NCBI GenBank assembly: GCA_016198755.1
Contig: JACQIB010000004.1
Coordinates: 128,001 to 192,000, forward strand
Reading direction: 5' to 3'
From: Candidatus Aenigmatarchaeota archaeon
GTDB taxonomy: Archaea; Aenigmatarchaeota; Aenigmatarchaeia; Aenigmatarchaeales; JACQIB01
Length of the DNA: 64,000 bases
Shown here piece after piece: positions 10,186 through 19,229 of this stretch (position 1 is the stretch's first letter; every line of letters begins with the position of its first letter). A program made the translations under genes and the position numbers. The notes below the pieces were generated by a model. It was given only the letters and a program-made list of their open reading frames with translations. It made no database searches and was not told the DNA's origin.

Positions 10186-11733
10186 CTATTTTGTTATGAA
10201 ACCGCTTACAACAAAATTTTCAAATCCTGAGAGGCATCCTTGGCTGTTTGAGGAAATAAACGGCACATAAAGCCTTCCATCAGGGATCGATTCTCTGGTT
10301 TTAATTTGTATGTGCTGCCAGCCAAAGTCTGTATTTTCTATGGTTCCTGAGAAATCAGGCAAACCTGCCGGAAGCAAATCCAATGTTGTATTTGCATTTA
10401 TACCTGCAGTATAGGTTGTATCAGACTCTCCGTTTGGATAGAAAACTTCTATTCCCGCTCTTCCAATCTGGCATTGAGATTCATAGTCTGTTTTGAAATA
10501 GAAATCCAATCCAACCTGCTTATTTCCCCCCGCTTGCACCTTTCTGTACATAGTAAGCGGATTACCTGTTTTAAGAATAATCCCGCGCGAATCCACAAAA
10601 CCTTCTGTTATAGCAGTATAATTCAAATCTTCACTTTCTTCTATTCTGTCGGCATTCGCTCTTGCAAACCAGCCTTCATTTTCTAATATTTCCTTTTCTG
10701 TTTTTTTCTTTTGTTTTTGTTTTACATCCAAACTTACTGAAGCTTTTACCTTTCCCTGCACAAGGCTTGTTATAGTATAGTATTCCAGAACCTGTTGGAA
10801 TCCTTCGCTTGGCCTGAAAATAAGCCTTAATTTTCCTGTATTATTTTGTATATTGTAAATTCCCTCTCCATCAGTTCCCTCAAAAACTAGCTCTTCTTTT
10901 CCATTGAAATCCACCCAAATTGAACCTAGGCTGCCTACAATAACCTGACCTGTTGCTCCCTGCAATGTTGTATTTTCTTCTGTTGTAGTTGTTGGAACCG
11001 TGGTTGTGGTAGAAATTGTTGTACTTGTGATTGTAGTAGATGTTGTGGAAGTTGTAGTCTGGTTTTCTTGTTGTATGGTTGTTTCTGTCTGATTGGTAAG
11101 TACCAGTGTGGTTGTTGTATTTTCTGATGTGGTGTTTTCTAAGGAAGGTATTATAGTGATGCTTGTTGTACTGGTTGTTTGGTTTGCCTGTTCCAACGTG
11201 GTTGTGGTTTCCACAATGTTTATTATCTTCTTTCCCAATGAACTGATTTTGAAAGAAAGCAACACAGGATTTTTAATCCCCTCCAAATCAATTATAAAAT
11301 CCCCCTCAGAAAATGACTTTCCAACAGGGAATTTATCTTCTTTTTCCAGCATACCATCTCCCATAGCATCCACAGAAATAACTCCCACAGCGTCTGATGT
11401 GAAGTTTAGCTCTCTTTTCTCCCCGCCTCCTATATTATTAACAAACCAGGAAATTTTCTTCCCTTCAACATACCCATCAACGGGATTTATTATATTTGAA
11501 TTTTCCGGCAGGGAAACTAAAACCGTAATATTTTCAATATTTTCCCTCCCTATATTAGAGAGTGTTACCAAGAACCCATTTTCCCCAATCTCATTTATCC
11601 CTACTGAAAGGGTCCCTTTTCCAAACAGAGAAAATCCCCCTATGCCCTCAGGTGAAAATAGCATCAAAAACCCGAATATACCAAAAATAAGGGCTAGAGA
11701 CAATGTAATTTTGAACGCAAATGATTTTTCCAT
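10186..11733 (-). CDS. Membrane-anchored surface protein with Thr-rich linker
   Basis: N-terminal TM, DUF11/Ig-like segment, poly-Thr linker, C-terminal GIEVFYPNGESDT shared with the two paralogues. Confidence 0.82.
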   Translation of the reverse strand: MEKSFAFKITLSLALIFGIFGFLMLFSPEGIGGFSLFGKGTLSVGINEIGENGFLVTLSNIGRENIENITVLVSLPENSNIINPVDGYVEGKKISWFVNNIGGGEKRELNFTSDAVGVISVDAMGDGMLEKEDKFPVGKSFSEGDFIIDLEGIKNPVLLSFKISSLGKKIINIVETTTTLEQANQTTSTTSITIIPSLENTTSENTTTTLVLTNQTETTIQQENQTTTSTTSTTITSTTISTTTTVPTTTTEENTTLQGATGQVIVGSLGSIWVDFNGKEELVFEGTDGEGIYNIQNNTGKLRLIFRPSEGFQQVLEYYTITSLVQGKVKASVSLDVKQKQKKKTEKEILENEGWFARANADRIEESEDLNYTAITEGFVDSRGIILKTGNPLTMYRKVQAGGNKQVGLDFYFKTDYESQCQIGRAGIEVFYPNGESDTTYTAGINANTTLDLLPAGLPDFSGTIENTDFGWQHIQIKTRESIPDGRLYVPFISSNSQGCLSGFENFVVSGFITK

Positions 11734-11787
11734 ACCCCAACCTCAACTATTTATACCTGTCCGCGTATTTATTTAAACAGTGGTTTT

Positions 11788-12414
11788 ATGGACTGGAAGA
11801 TATGGGCTGTTGTTTTGGTGGCTCTTGGGATAGTTGCTTCTGCTTTTATAGTTTCTTCAGGCAGTCCAAGTGGCTATATTGCATTCCCATCTTTGCCTGA
11901 GGAAAAGAAAGCAGCCTTTTCAGCAGATCTTACAGTGCGTTCATTCTCTTTGGATGCTCCGGCAGAGTTATTGACCATTGATTTCAAAGATTCCAACTCA
12001 AGCCTTTTTGTTGGTGCAGATAAAATAGATATTCTTTCAGATACTTCTACAGGAACCCTTGTTCTGGAAAAGTTCAAAGGAAAAATAGCTTATAATGGCC
12101 TGCTGACTTTAGTGGGAACAGCAGAAGCTGTTTCTGTTAACGGAGTAAGGTTTAAAGCCCGTTCAGTACGTTTGGAAAGCAATTCAATAGAGTTCAGAAA
12201 AGTTTCAATAGATGGGGTTTCTATCCCCTCCCTATCTGTAACAGGCTCAGGAACAGTGAATGTGAATTCAGGCAAATACTCTGCAAAAATGGAAGGGGAA
12301 ACACTAGAATCCGGTCCTTTCTCCGGTAGAATCGATCTCTCGCAGAGTGACAGTTTTTATCTCTCCGGTTCTGCAGCACGTTTACATATTGGAGAGCGCG
12401 TACGCTTTGCCTAA
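11788..12414 (+). CDS. Hypothetical membrane-anchored beta-rich protein
   Basis: N-terminal TM, 208 aa ORF, upstream TATA. Confidence 0.75.
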   Translation: MDWKIWAVVLVALGIVASAFIVSSGSPSGYIAFPSLPEEKKAAFSADLTVRSFSLDAPAELLTIDFKDSNSSLFVGADKIDILSDTSTGTLVLEKFKGKIAYNGLLTLVGTAEAVSVNGVRFKARSVRLESNSIEFRKVSIDGVSIPSLSVTGSGTVNVNSGKYSAKMEGETLESGPFSGRIDLSQSDSFYLSGSAARLHIGERVRFA

Positions 12415-12472
12415 CTAATCCGGCTTGGGTAGAAAAGGCAGCTTTATATACCACTATATAGTAATAAAATAT

Positions 12473-12727
12473 ATGGGAAATCTCTTTGTCCGCGATGGTG
12501 TTGTAGGACATCTCTCACCGCTCTTATTTCTCCAGAGCGATAAGCCTATATATTTTGATAGGAATACAGGTATGTATCATTTAATGCCAGAGTCGGAGGG
12601 TTCGCAGGTGTCTACAGGTCTAAGTGTTCTTTGTGCTCGGGGTGGAGCATACAACCTTCCCGCATTCTTAATACTTCTGGGAGGAAAAAATCCAAGACAG
12701 TCTGGTCATAACTCTGAAGAGAAGTAA
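12473..12727 (+). CDS. Small hypothetical protein
   Basis: ATG at 12473 follows GCTTTATATAC TATA element at 12441-12451. Confidence 0.5.
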   Translation: MGNLFVRDGVVGHLSPLLFLQSDKPIYFDRNTGMYHLMPESEGSQVSTGLSVLCARGGAYNLPAFLILLGGKNPRQSGHNSEEK

Positions 12728-12728
12728 C

Positions 12729-13127
12729 TTACCTGTTTTCTTTTCTTTTGCTTTCTTCTTCTAACAGCTCTTTTTTCATTTGTGCCAGCTCATCTTTCCT
12801 GCTGGTTTTCAGCAGGGCACGGAAAGGCCATGTTACAATCTTTAAAACAAAAATAGCCACGTGAGCAAACTCATACAGAAGGAACAGGCCCAGAGCATAG
12901 CCTGCAAACTGAATGCTATTTTCTATTGTTGGTGGCGGGAGCGGGAAAACTATACCCAGCTTTGCAAAGATTAACGGCGCTATATACAAAAACCCAAACC
13001 CTGCGGCAGCAGCTATTCCAGCTCTCAGAGCCAGCTTGAAAAGCCTGTATAGTAGGAAAAGGGCAATAAAAAAGAGCAAAGCCGCTGGCAGTGTTTCTAT
13101 TGGTATCCCAAAAATCTCTGCAGCCAT
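12729..13127 (-). CDS. Hypothetical integral membrane protein
   Basis: Three hydrophobic segments, basic/acidic tail, AGGAGG RBS. Confidence 0.8.
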   Translation of the reverse strand: MAAEIFGIPIETLPAALLFFIALFLLYRLFKLALRAGIAAAAGFGFLYIAPLIFAKLGIVFPLPPPTIENSIQFAGYALGLFLLYEFAHVAIFVLKIVTWPFRALLKTSRKDELAQMKKELLEEESKRKENR

Positions 13128-13170
13128 AACCCTCCTTTGGAAAGCTAGAATAAAAAGCTGCTTATTTGCA

Positions 13171-13551
13171 CTACATTATAATTTTGTTCATTTCTTCTAT
13201 TTTTTCGAAATCCCTGTCTGATGTAACTAGCATCATGCCATTTTCTATGGCTTGTGCTGCAATAAAAAGATCAGAAAAATGTTGGCCACCATATTTTTGT
13301 TTTAATATAGATAATATATGAGCTGTATTTTTTGTAGTTTGTACAACTTCAAAATTTTCTATAAAAGCTAAAGATTTTTCTTTGTTGTGGATGTGTTTTT
13401 CCCTTAAGCCGTAAATAAATTCAAAATACGAAATAAAAGAAATTTTTGGTGGTTCAGGATAGTCCACCTTCAGATTTGATACCTTTTCTATGATACTCTT
13501 CTGTCTTCTATCCAGATCTATTACTATGGAAGTATCGAAAATAAGCATCAT
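13171..13551 (-). CDS. vapC: PIN-domain toxin (VapC)
   Basis: IFDTS..ID, SYFE, DLFIAAQA, LVTSDRDF PIN motifs. Confidence 0.92.
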   Translation of the reverse strand: MMLIFDTSIVIDLDRRQKSIIEKVSNLKVDYPEPPKISFISYFEFIYGLREKHIHNKEKSLAFIENFEVVQTTKNTAHILSILKQKYGGQHFSDLFIAAQAIENGMMLVTSDRDFEKIEEMNKIIM

Positions 13552-13553
13552 AC

Positions 13554-13790
13554 CTAAAACCATTTTTCCTTTCTAATACTTTCTATAAATTTTTTCAGAT
13601 CTTCTGCTTCCTTATCTGACAAATGTTTTTCCCCATGTAATATCTTATTCCAGACTTCTTCCCTGTGTTTTGAATAGTGAGAAATCATATTTTCCAAAAG
13701 TGTTCCCATATTTATCCTGTCTTTTGCTGCCAAACTTTTAAATTCTGCCCATTTATTTTCTCTAACATTCTTTATAGTTTTTAATGTCAT
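13554..13790 (-). CDS. Antitoxin (VapB-like)
   Basis: 78 aa, ribbon-type N-terminus KTIKNV, immediately upstream of the PIN gene. Confidence 0.8.
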   Translation of the reverse strand: MTLKTIKNVRENKWAEFKSLAAKDRINMGTLLENMISHYSKHREEVWNKILHGEKHLSDKEAEDLKKFIESIRKEKWF

Positions 13791-13794
13791 ATAA

Positions 13795-13826
13795 AGTATT
13801 ATAGTATTACTAGTATTTAAATATTA
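13795..13826 (-). promoter_or_regulatory. vapBC promoter with AGTATT x3 operator-like repeats
   Basis: AGTATT at 13795, 13803 and 13812, adjoining TTTAAATA. Confidence 0.5.
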
Positions 13827-13930
13827 CCTTAATGCATGAGTTTTGCGCTCTGGAATAACAAACCAGAATACGAAATTTGCGCGGCGGTGTTAAGAAAAAG
13901 CTTTATAAACATTGTTTTCTTAGCTTTCCC

Positions 13931-14551
13931 ATGCAAAAGGCAGGTAAAGTAACAATTTTGGGCACTTCCCATATATCAAAGGAGAGTGTGGGAAATGCTG
14001 TACACCTTATTTTGGAACAGAAGCCAGACTGCGTAGCAGTTGAGCTCTGTCCTGAACGTTTTTTCTCATTAACACACAAAACAAAGGGCTCTTTTCCATC
14101 TCCATTTTATTTTTTCCTCCATCTCTTCCAGCAGTATCTTTCCAGCAAAACAGGTGTGATGGCAGGCTCTGAAATGCTTTATGCTGTTGAAGCAGCGCAG
14201 GCTGTTTCTGCTCATATAGAGTTTATAGATAAGAATATTTCAGAGACAGCAATGAAAATAAAGGCTGTTTCCGGATCAGAGAAGCTCAGGCTTTTTACAG
14301 CCCTTATTTTCTCTCCTTTAGCTTCCAAAAGCTTTAACCTGCAGAAAACACCCTCAAAAAAAGATGTTTCTTCGGCTGTTTCATACCTGAAAGAAAACTT
14401 TCCGCAGCTGCACAGTGTTTTAATAGAGGAGAGAGACAAACATATGTTTTCAAGAATATCGGAACTTAGAAAACACTATAAAAAAATTATTGTTATTGTA
14501 GGTGCAGGACACGAGGCTGGATTAAAGAAGCTTTTAAGGAGACATGCATAA
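13931..14551 (+). CDS. TraB/GumN family protein
   Basis: LGTSHIS, VAVELC..R, GSEM, ERD..M, VGAGH motifs. Confidence 0.92.
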   Translation: MQKAGKVTILGTSHISKESVGNAVHLILEQKPDCVAVELCPERFFSLTHKTKGSFPSPFYFFLHLFQQYLSSKTGVMAGSEMLYAVEAAQAVSAHIEFIDKNISETAMKIKAVSGSEKLRLFTALIFSPLASKSFNLQKTPSKKDVSSAVSYLKENFPQLHSVLIEERDKHMFSRISELRKHYKKIIVIVGAGHEAGLKKLLRRHA

Positions 14552-15149
14552 ATCTTTAAGGGATGTTTTAATGGACTTTTCAAAAACAGAAGTCAGGGAT
14601 ATAATAATAGCCACATTAGTGCTGGCTTTTGCCTTCTCCGGCCTCCGTAATCTTTCATCTTTTCTTCCAAACCTGCTTGTAGTAGGGCTGGGATTTATTT
14701 TGCACGAGCTGGCTCACAAGTTTGTTGCCCAGAAGTATGGGTTTTTTGCTGAGTTTAGGATGTGGACAATAGGTCTTGCGGTAGCTGCTGTTGGAAGTTT
14801 GATTGGTTTTGTTTTCGCTGCACCCGGTGCAGTGTATATAGCTCCTGCAGTGCGCGGAAAGTTTGCATTCACGGTTCACAACATTACCCGGAAGGAAAAC
14901 GGAATAATCTCTGTTGCAGGAGCTTTGGTAAATATTGTTATTGCAGGTGCATTCTTTGCTATCGGGACTTTTGTTCCTGGGCTAAAGCAGCTTGCCCTAC
15001 AAGGTGCAAGTATAAACTTCTTTCTTGCAGCCTTTAATTTACTGCCAATCCCCCCATTAGACGGCTCAAAAGTTTTTGGATGGAACAAGCTTGTTTGGCT
15101 GGGAACAATAGGAATTGCAGCAGCAGGTTGGCTTTTACTGCATTTCTAA
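14544..15149 (+). CDS. Site-2 (M50) membrane metalloprotease
   Basis: HELAH and FNLLPIPPLDG motifs; overlaps traB-like gene. Confidence 0.95.
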   Translation: MHKSLRDVLMDFSKTEVRDIIIATLVLAFAFSGLRNLSSFLPNLLVVGLGFILHELAHKFVAQKYGFFAEFRMWTIGLAVAAVGSLIGFVFAAPGAVYIAPAVRGKFAFTVHNITRKENGIISVAGALVNIVIAGAFFAIGTFVPGLKQLALQGASINFFLAAFNLLPIPPLDGSKVFGWNKLVWLGTIGIAAAGWLLLHF

Positions 15150-15536
15150 TTACTTCCAGCCGGTTCTCAGAATCAGGCCCAAAGAAACAATAAATCCTCC
15201 AACCCCGAAAGCAACTGCAACATTAGCCAGGAAAAGGGAAAAGAATTCAGGCATTTTTACAAATGTTGTCAATAACAGCACAACTATACTCAACCCTATA
15301 ACACCCAGCAGGAAAGCTGTCTCCTCATTTTTCCTAATATTATAGACTGCAAGATAGGCTCCTGTAAGGCCTAACAGGAGTGTTGCAGTAGGCGCAACGA
15401 AAACTGCTTTTATAGCTGCCTCAGCACTGCTAGCTCCCCAGCTCTGTATTGCAGAAACAATGAAAATCGCTATAAAAGCTATATCCCCCAGCCTGCGTTC
15501 CCAGTCTCCAACAAGTTTCTCCCCGCGCAACGCCAT
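15150..15536 (-). CDS. Hypothetical 4-TM membrane protein
   Basis: Four hydrophobic segments. Confidence 0.75.
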   Translation of the reverse strand: MALRGEKLVGDWERRLGDIAFIAIFIVSAIQSWGASSAEAAIKAVFVAPTATLLLGLTGAYLAVYNIRKNEETAFLLGVIGLSIVVLLLTTFVKMPEFFSLFLANVAVAFGVGGFIVSLGLILRTGWK

Positions 15537-15598
15537 AGCTATAATGTTAAGAAAGCCAGAATATAAGCTTTAAAAGGATTACCTTTAAGTGATAAATT

Positions 15599-17260
15599 AT
15601 GGGAACTATCGGTATTAATGTAAAAAAGGTTGCGAGCTCCTCCTCCATGGGGCAGTTGGCTAGGTATTTCCAGTTCCAGCCCGGAAAACTTGTAAGGGAA
15701 GATGGAGTTTTTATTGTTTATGTTCCCCCTTCTATGATTCCCAAAAAAGAGAAAGAACAGGAACTTGTTGACTCAATGGGAATTTTTATTGAGGATGTGG
15801 AAACCAACAGAAAGGAAAATAGAAGGGGGGTTTATGAAGATATTCTTTCTTCCAGAAAGCATGAAGGCAGGGGAACATATCAGTGGGTAACTGGAAAAAA
15901 CCCTGCAGATGTTTCGGGAGGTTTTTCTCCTGATATGAAGCAGATGATAGCTCGTTATCTTTCGCAAAACCCACGTCCAACAGATAATTATGATCTTGCC
16001 CAGGAGTTGGGAGACGGAACTGCAAAGGTGCCTCACAATCTTGTACAAAAAGCACTGAATGAACTAAAAGAAGAAGGGTTTATAATGAAGGGTTCTGAAA
16101 AATCTGCTGTTATAGATTATGGGAAAAATATTTTTGGGAGTGATGGTGCAGAGCTTTTTGAAGCCTATATGGAACCGGATTGGAAGGGAAGGAAAATAGA
16201 CAGTGAAGCTCAGGCAAGGGCAAAGGCTGTTCTTAATTGCAGGGTTCAGGAACTTTCAGCAACAAATGCGATAAGGGAATTGGCGTTGGATGAAACACTG
16301 AATCTTATAGAAGGTGGATTTAATAGAGAAGATATTTTTGCAGAGGATTTGTCAAGTCTCATAAGAAAAGGGCAGTTGGGACTGGCTTATACAAAGATTG
16401 TAACTGAAATAGGAAGATTAGAAAGGCTTTACGATCCAAAGCATATAGAACATTTGGAAGAGCTGAGGGACAGGGAACTTCCAAGGCTTCAGGCAGCTGT
16501 TGGTGCACTGGAAGATTATGCGAACAGGGAAGCTGCAGCTAGGAAAGAAGGACGCAGACTAAGGGGAAATTTGAGCATGATTAAAGGGTCTTTAAGGTCT
16601 GCAGAAAGAGCCGTTGATTCTATAAAATCTGACAAGTCAACGCCTCCGCAGTATTTGGAAGATATTGGATATGCTTTAACACATTTATCAGAAACCGTTG
16701 AGAAGGCAGTCAGAGCGCAGGAAGTTAGAACAGCAGGAGTTTTGCCTGCTGTGCTTAGGTTAAAGCCATTGATAGGAAGACTGGCAGAACTTGTTGACGG
16801 CAAAGAGCCTCCGGGAAAGTTAAAGATTCTTAATGATGTAAGAAAAGCTGTGGCTGCTCTGGATTCTGTATATGGAATAAGAAAAGGGTTTTATACAGAT
16901 GCACAGGGACTTTTTGACAGGAGTTTTATTTTGAGACATTTTAATCTGCCTGAAGTGCAGGGTGTTATATCCGGAATGCGGGAGTTGGGAGAGGGTATGG
17001 ACTCTGTGGAAGTTTATGTGCTGCGCGGGATTGGAAAAGTCGAGAAACATAGAGGTGTTATGGAGCTGCATTCTGTTTCTGAAGCTGAAGCTGCAGTATT
17101 GGGAGATTTTGGAGGAAGAGCACATATAAACTCTTCTGAAATGCCTCCGGAAAGCCTGCATACAGTGGAGTCACTTCTGTTGGCCTTGGATGAGCCGGGT
17201 TTCCCGTATGTTATTAAAGCAAAAGAACAAATTAGAACAGAAGAAGAGAAGAAAAAGTAG
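15599..17260 (+). CDS. Hypothetical protein with possible internal winged helix and coiled coil
   Basis: 553 aa ORF; YDLAQELG...VQKALNELKEEGFI resembles a wHTH. Confidence 0.75.
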   Translation: MGTIGINVKKVASSSSMGQLARYFQFQPGKLVREDGVFIVYVPPSMIPKKEKEQELVDSMGIFIEDVETNRKENRRGVYEDILSSRKHEGRGTYQWVTGKNPADVSGGFSPDMKQMIARYLSQNPRPTDNYDLAQELGDGTAKVPHNLVQKALNELKEEGFIMKGSEKSAVIDYGKNIFGSDGAELFEAYMEPDWKGRKIDSEAQARAKAVLNCRVQELSATNAIRELALDETLNLIEGGFNREDIFAEDLSSLIRKGQLGLAYTKIVTEIGRLERLYDPKHIEHLEELRDRELPRLQAAVGALEDYANREAAARKEGRRLRGNLSMIKGSLRSAERAVDSIKSDKSTPPQYLEDIGYALTHLSETVEKAVRAQEVRTAGVLPAVLRLKPLIGRLAELVDGKEPPGKLKILNDVRKAVAALDSVYGIRKGFYTDAQGLFDRSFILRHFNLPEVQGVISGMRELGEGMDSVEVYVLRGIGKVEKHRGVMELHSVSEAEAAVLGDFGGRAHINSSEMPPESLHTVESLLLALDEPGFPYVIKAKEQIRTEEEKKK

Positions 17261-17354
17261 TATTTTTACTACTGTATAGTAAAAAGATGACCTATTAAAT
17301 AGTTTACGGATTCAAGTTTTATTACTACTATTAAAAGATAATAGTGATTTGTAT

Positions 17355-19223
17355 ATGGCAACACCATCAGCTGGTCTTGGGATGAAAGGCAGTTCAAATA
17401 TTGTGGGAGCTGTAGGTGCAGCTGTAGGAATGGCGCTGACTGCTCTGGGAGGTGCTGTTGTAGAGCACCACAAAGATACAGGAAGTTATAATATCTTTGA
17501 ACCGGTAGCAAAGGAACCAAAACCAACTCCAAGCAAGGAAAACAAAAGTCTTGATCATTCAGGAGAATTATTGTTCGGGTTTTCACCAGACGGGGCACTG
17601 CATGTGCCAGATGAAGATGGATTTGCACATGCAGCGCTCAACGGAACTCCAAACGAAAAGCTGTTGGAGGGTGGTGATGTAGGTCAGATTATTTTGGATC
17701 CTGCAAAGGGAAGGGTTAACATAACAATAGAAAAGGATTCTGATACGTACACAGTAAGGGTTCCTTATGATGTGGCTTTGAAGGCACTTCAGAATATAGA
17801 GGATACTGCTGCAAAACATGCTGGTGGAAAAGCCAGGAGTGTAAAGCTTGTTCCAGATAATTTTCTTAAAACTCCAACTGGCTCTGCAGCAGAGGCTGCT
17901 TATTTGATGCATGCTGATGGGAAGAAGCTTGCTGGGGGTAGTGACGCAAGGTACACCATTAATGTAAGTTATGAATTTATGGATTCTGCAGGAAAACCAC
18001 TTCTTAAACCAAGGGCACGTGCAACAATAACAATAGATGGTTCAACCCCACGCACTCCTATAACACAGGAAGTCAGTCCAGGTTCTTCTGGCTGGGCAGG
18101 TGGGGATGTTATAAATCTGTTGGATGGAGCTGACAATGGAGTTTTAGATAAGGAAGCACATGGTTGGATAGACACACTTCTAGATTCTCTTTTCAATAAT
18201 AGTATGCTGGAAACTCTCGGAGTTCAGCATGATAATGGATTCAGGGAAGGTAATGAAACTGCAAGGAATGCTATAGTGGGTTTGCTTGGAATAGAGCCGC
18301 AGTACATGAATGGTTCTGCTCATTTGAATGTAACAGACACTTTAAAGGAACTTGCTTTCTTAAGGAACCTGAACAACACACTGAACAATGCAAGTGCAAC
18401 CCGCGAAAGCTTTACAGATGGGGTACCACCAGTTGTTGATGCACTCTTCCGCTATCTTGGATTTGGAAACGATACTATACAAAAGCTTCTTTCAGCAAAC
18501 GGACTGCCTTCCGGAGCAAATCAAACTCCGGCCGGTTTAGATAATCTTGTTACAAAAATGAACTACAGGATAGGCGAACTTCAGGGAAACCTGAGCAAAC
18601 TGGAAAGGACAGATACACTCAATTATAGACAATTAATGCAGGCATATGGGCAAAACGGTTCTCTTTTATCAACACTTCTCAAAGGTTCCATGGAAGCCAG
18701 ATATTTCAGTGATGGGAAGAATGGATCAGCTAAAGTACGGGGAGCTGATGTTTACTTTAGGCCAAATGGTTCAAGCGAACTTGTTGTTCATGCAACAGAT
18801 GGAGACAAGATAATAAATGTAAGCGCTGAACAGGCTTTGGACATTTCACTTGAGTCTGCAATGTTAAAGGGTTCAACGCGCGAACTTGCCTTTGAACGCG
18901 GTAATGAAGAGCTTGGATATTCAACAGATCTTATAGATGCATCTTTAGGTAATTTGAATGCTTCCCTGCCTGAGCTGCAGGATTATTTCTTGGGGACATT
19001 CTCCCCGAACAACAGCCTTCTTTCACACTTGCCGAGCATTGGTGTGGATAACTTGGCAAACGTAACAAATGTTACAGTTTATGATACTCCTAACAGCGTG
19101 AAAAAGAGCGGTATGGGAGGATTTGCTGTTGTCAGGTATGATAATAACAATGTCGGTGTATTTGGAATAGCAAAAACTGATATGACTGCATTTTTAGGGG
19201 CTCTTGGGGAAGCTTTGGGGTAA
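17355..19223 (+). CDS. Hypothetical extracellular glycoprotein
   Basis: N-terminal KG plus hydrophobic stretch; many N-x-S/T sequons. Confidence 0.75.
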   Translation: MATPSAGLGMKGSSNIVGAVGAAVGMALTALGGAVVEHHKDTGSYNIFEPVAKEPKPTPSKENKSLDHSGELLFGFSPDGALHVPDEDGFAHAALNGTPNEKLLEGGDVGQIILDPAKGRVNITIEKDSDTYTVRVPYDVALKALQNIEDTAAKHAGGKARSVKLVPDNFLKTPTGSAAEAAYLMHADGKKLAGGSDARYTINVSYEFMDSAGKPLLKPRARATITIDGSTPRTPITQEVSPGSSGWAGGDVINLLDGADNGVLDKEAHGWIDTLLDSLFNNSMLETLGVQHDNGFREGNETARNAIVGLLGIEPQYMNGSAHLNVTDTLKELAFLRNLNNTLNNASATRESFTDGVPPVVDALFRYLGFGNDTIQKLLSANGLPSGANQTPAGLDNLVTKMNYRIGELQGNLSKLERTDTLNYRQLMQAYGQNGSLLSTLLKGSMEARYFSDGKNGSAKVRGADVYFRPNGSSELVVHATDGDKIINVSAEQALDISLESAMLKGSTRELAFERGNEELGYSTDLIDASLGNLNASLPELQDYFLGTFSPNNSLLSHLPSIGVDNLANVTNVTVYDTPNSVKKSGMGGFAVVRYDNNNVGVFGIAKTDMTAFLGALGEALG

Positions 19224-19229
19224 TCGCAT

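Noticed and set aside
13931-15149. TraB-family plus M50 protease pair as conjugation genes
   Set aside because: Familiar archaeal chromosomal pairing; TraB/GumN here does not indicate a mobile element.
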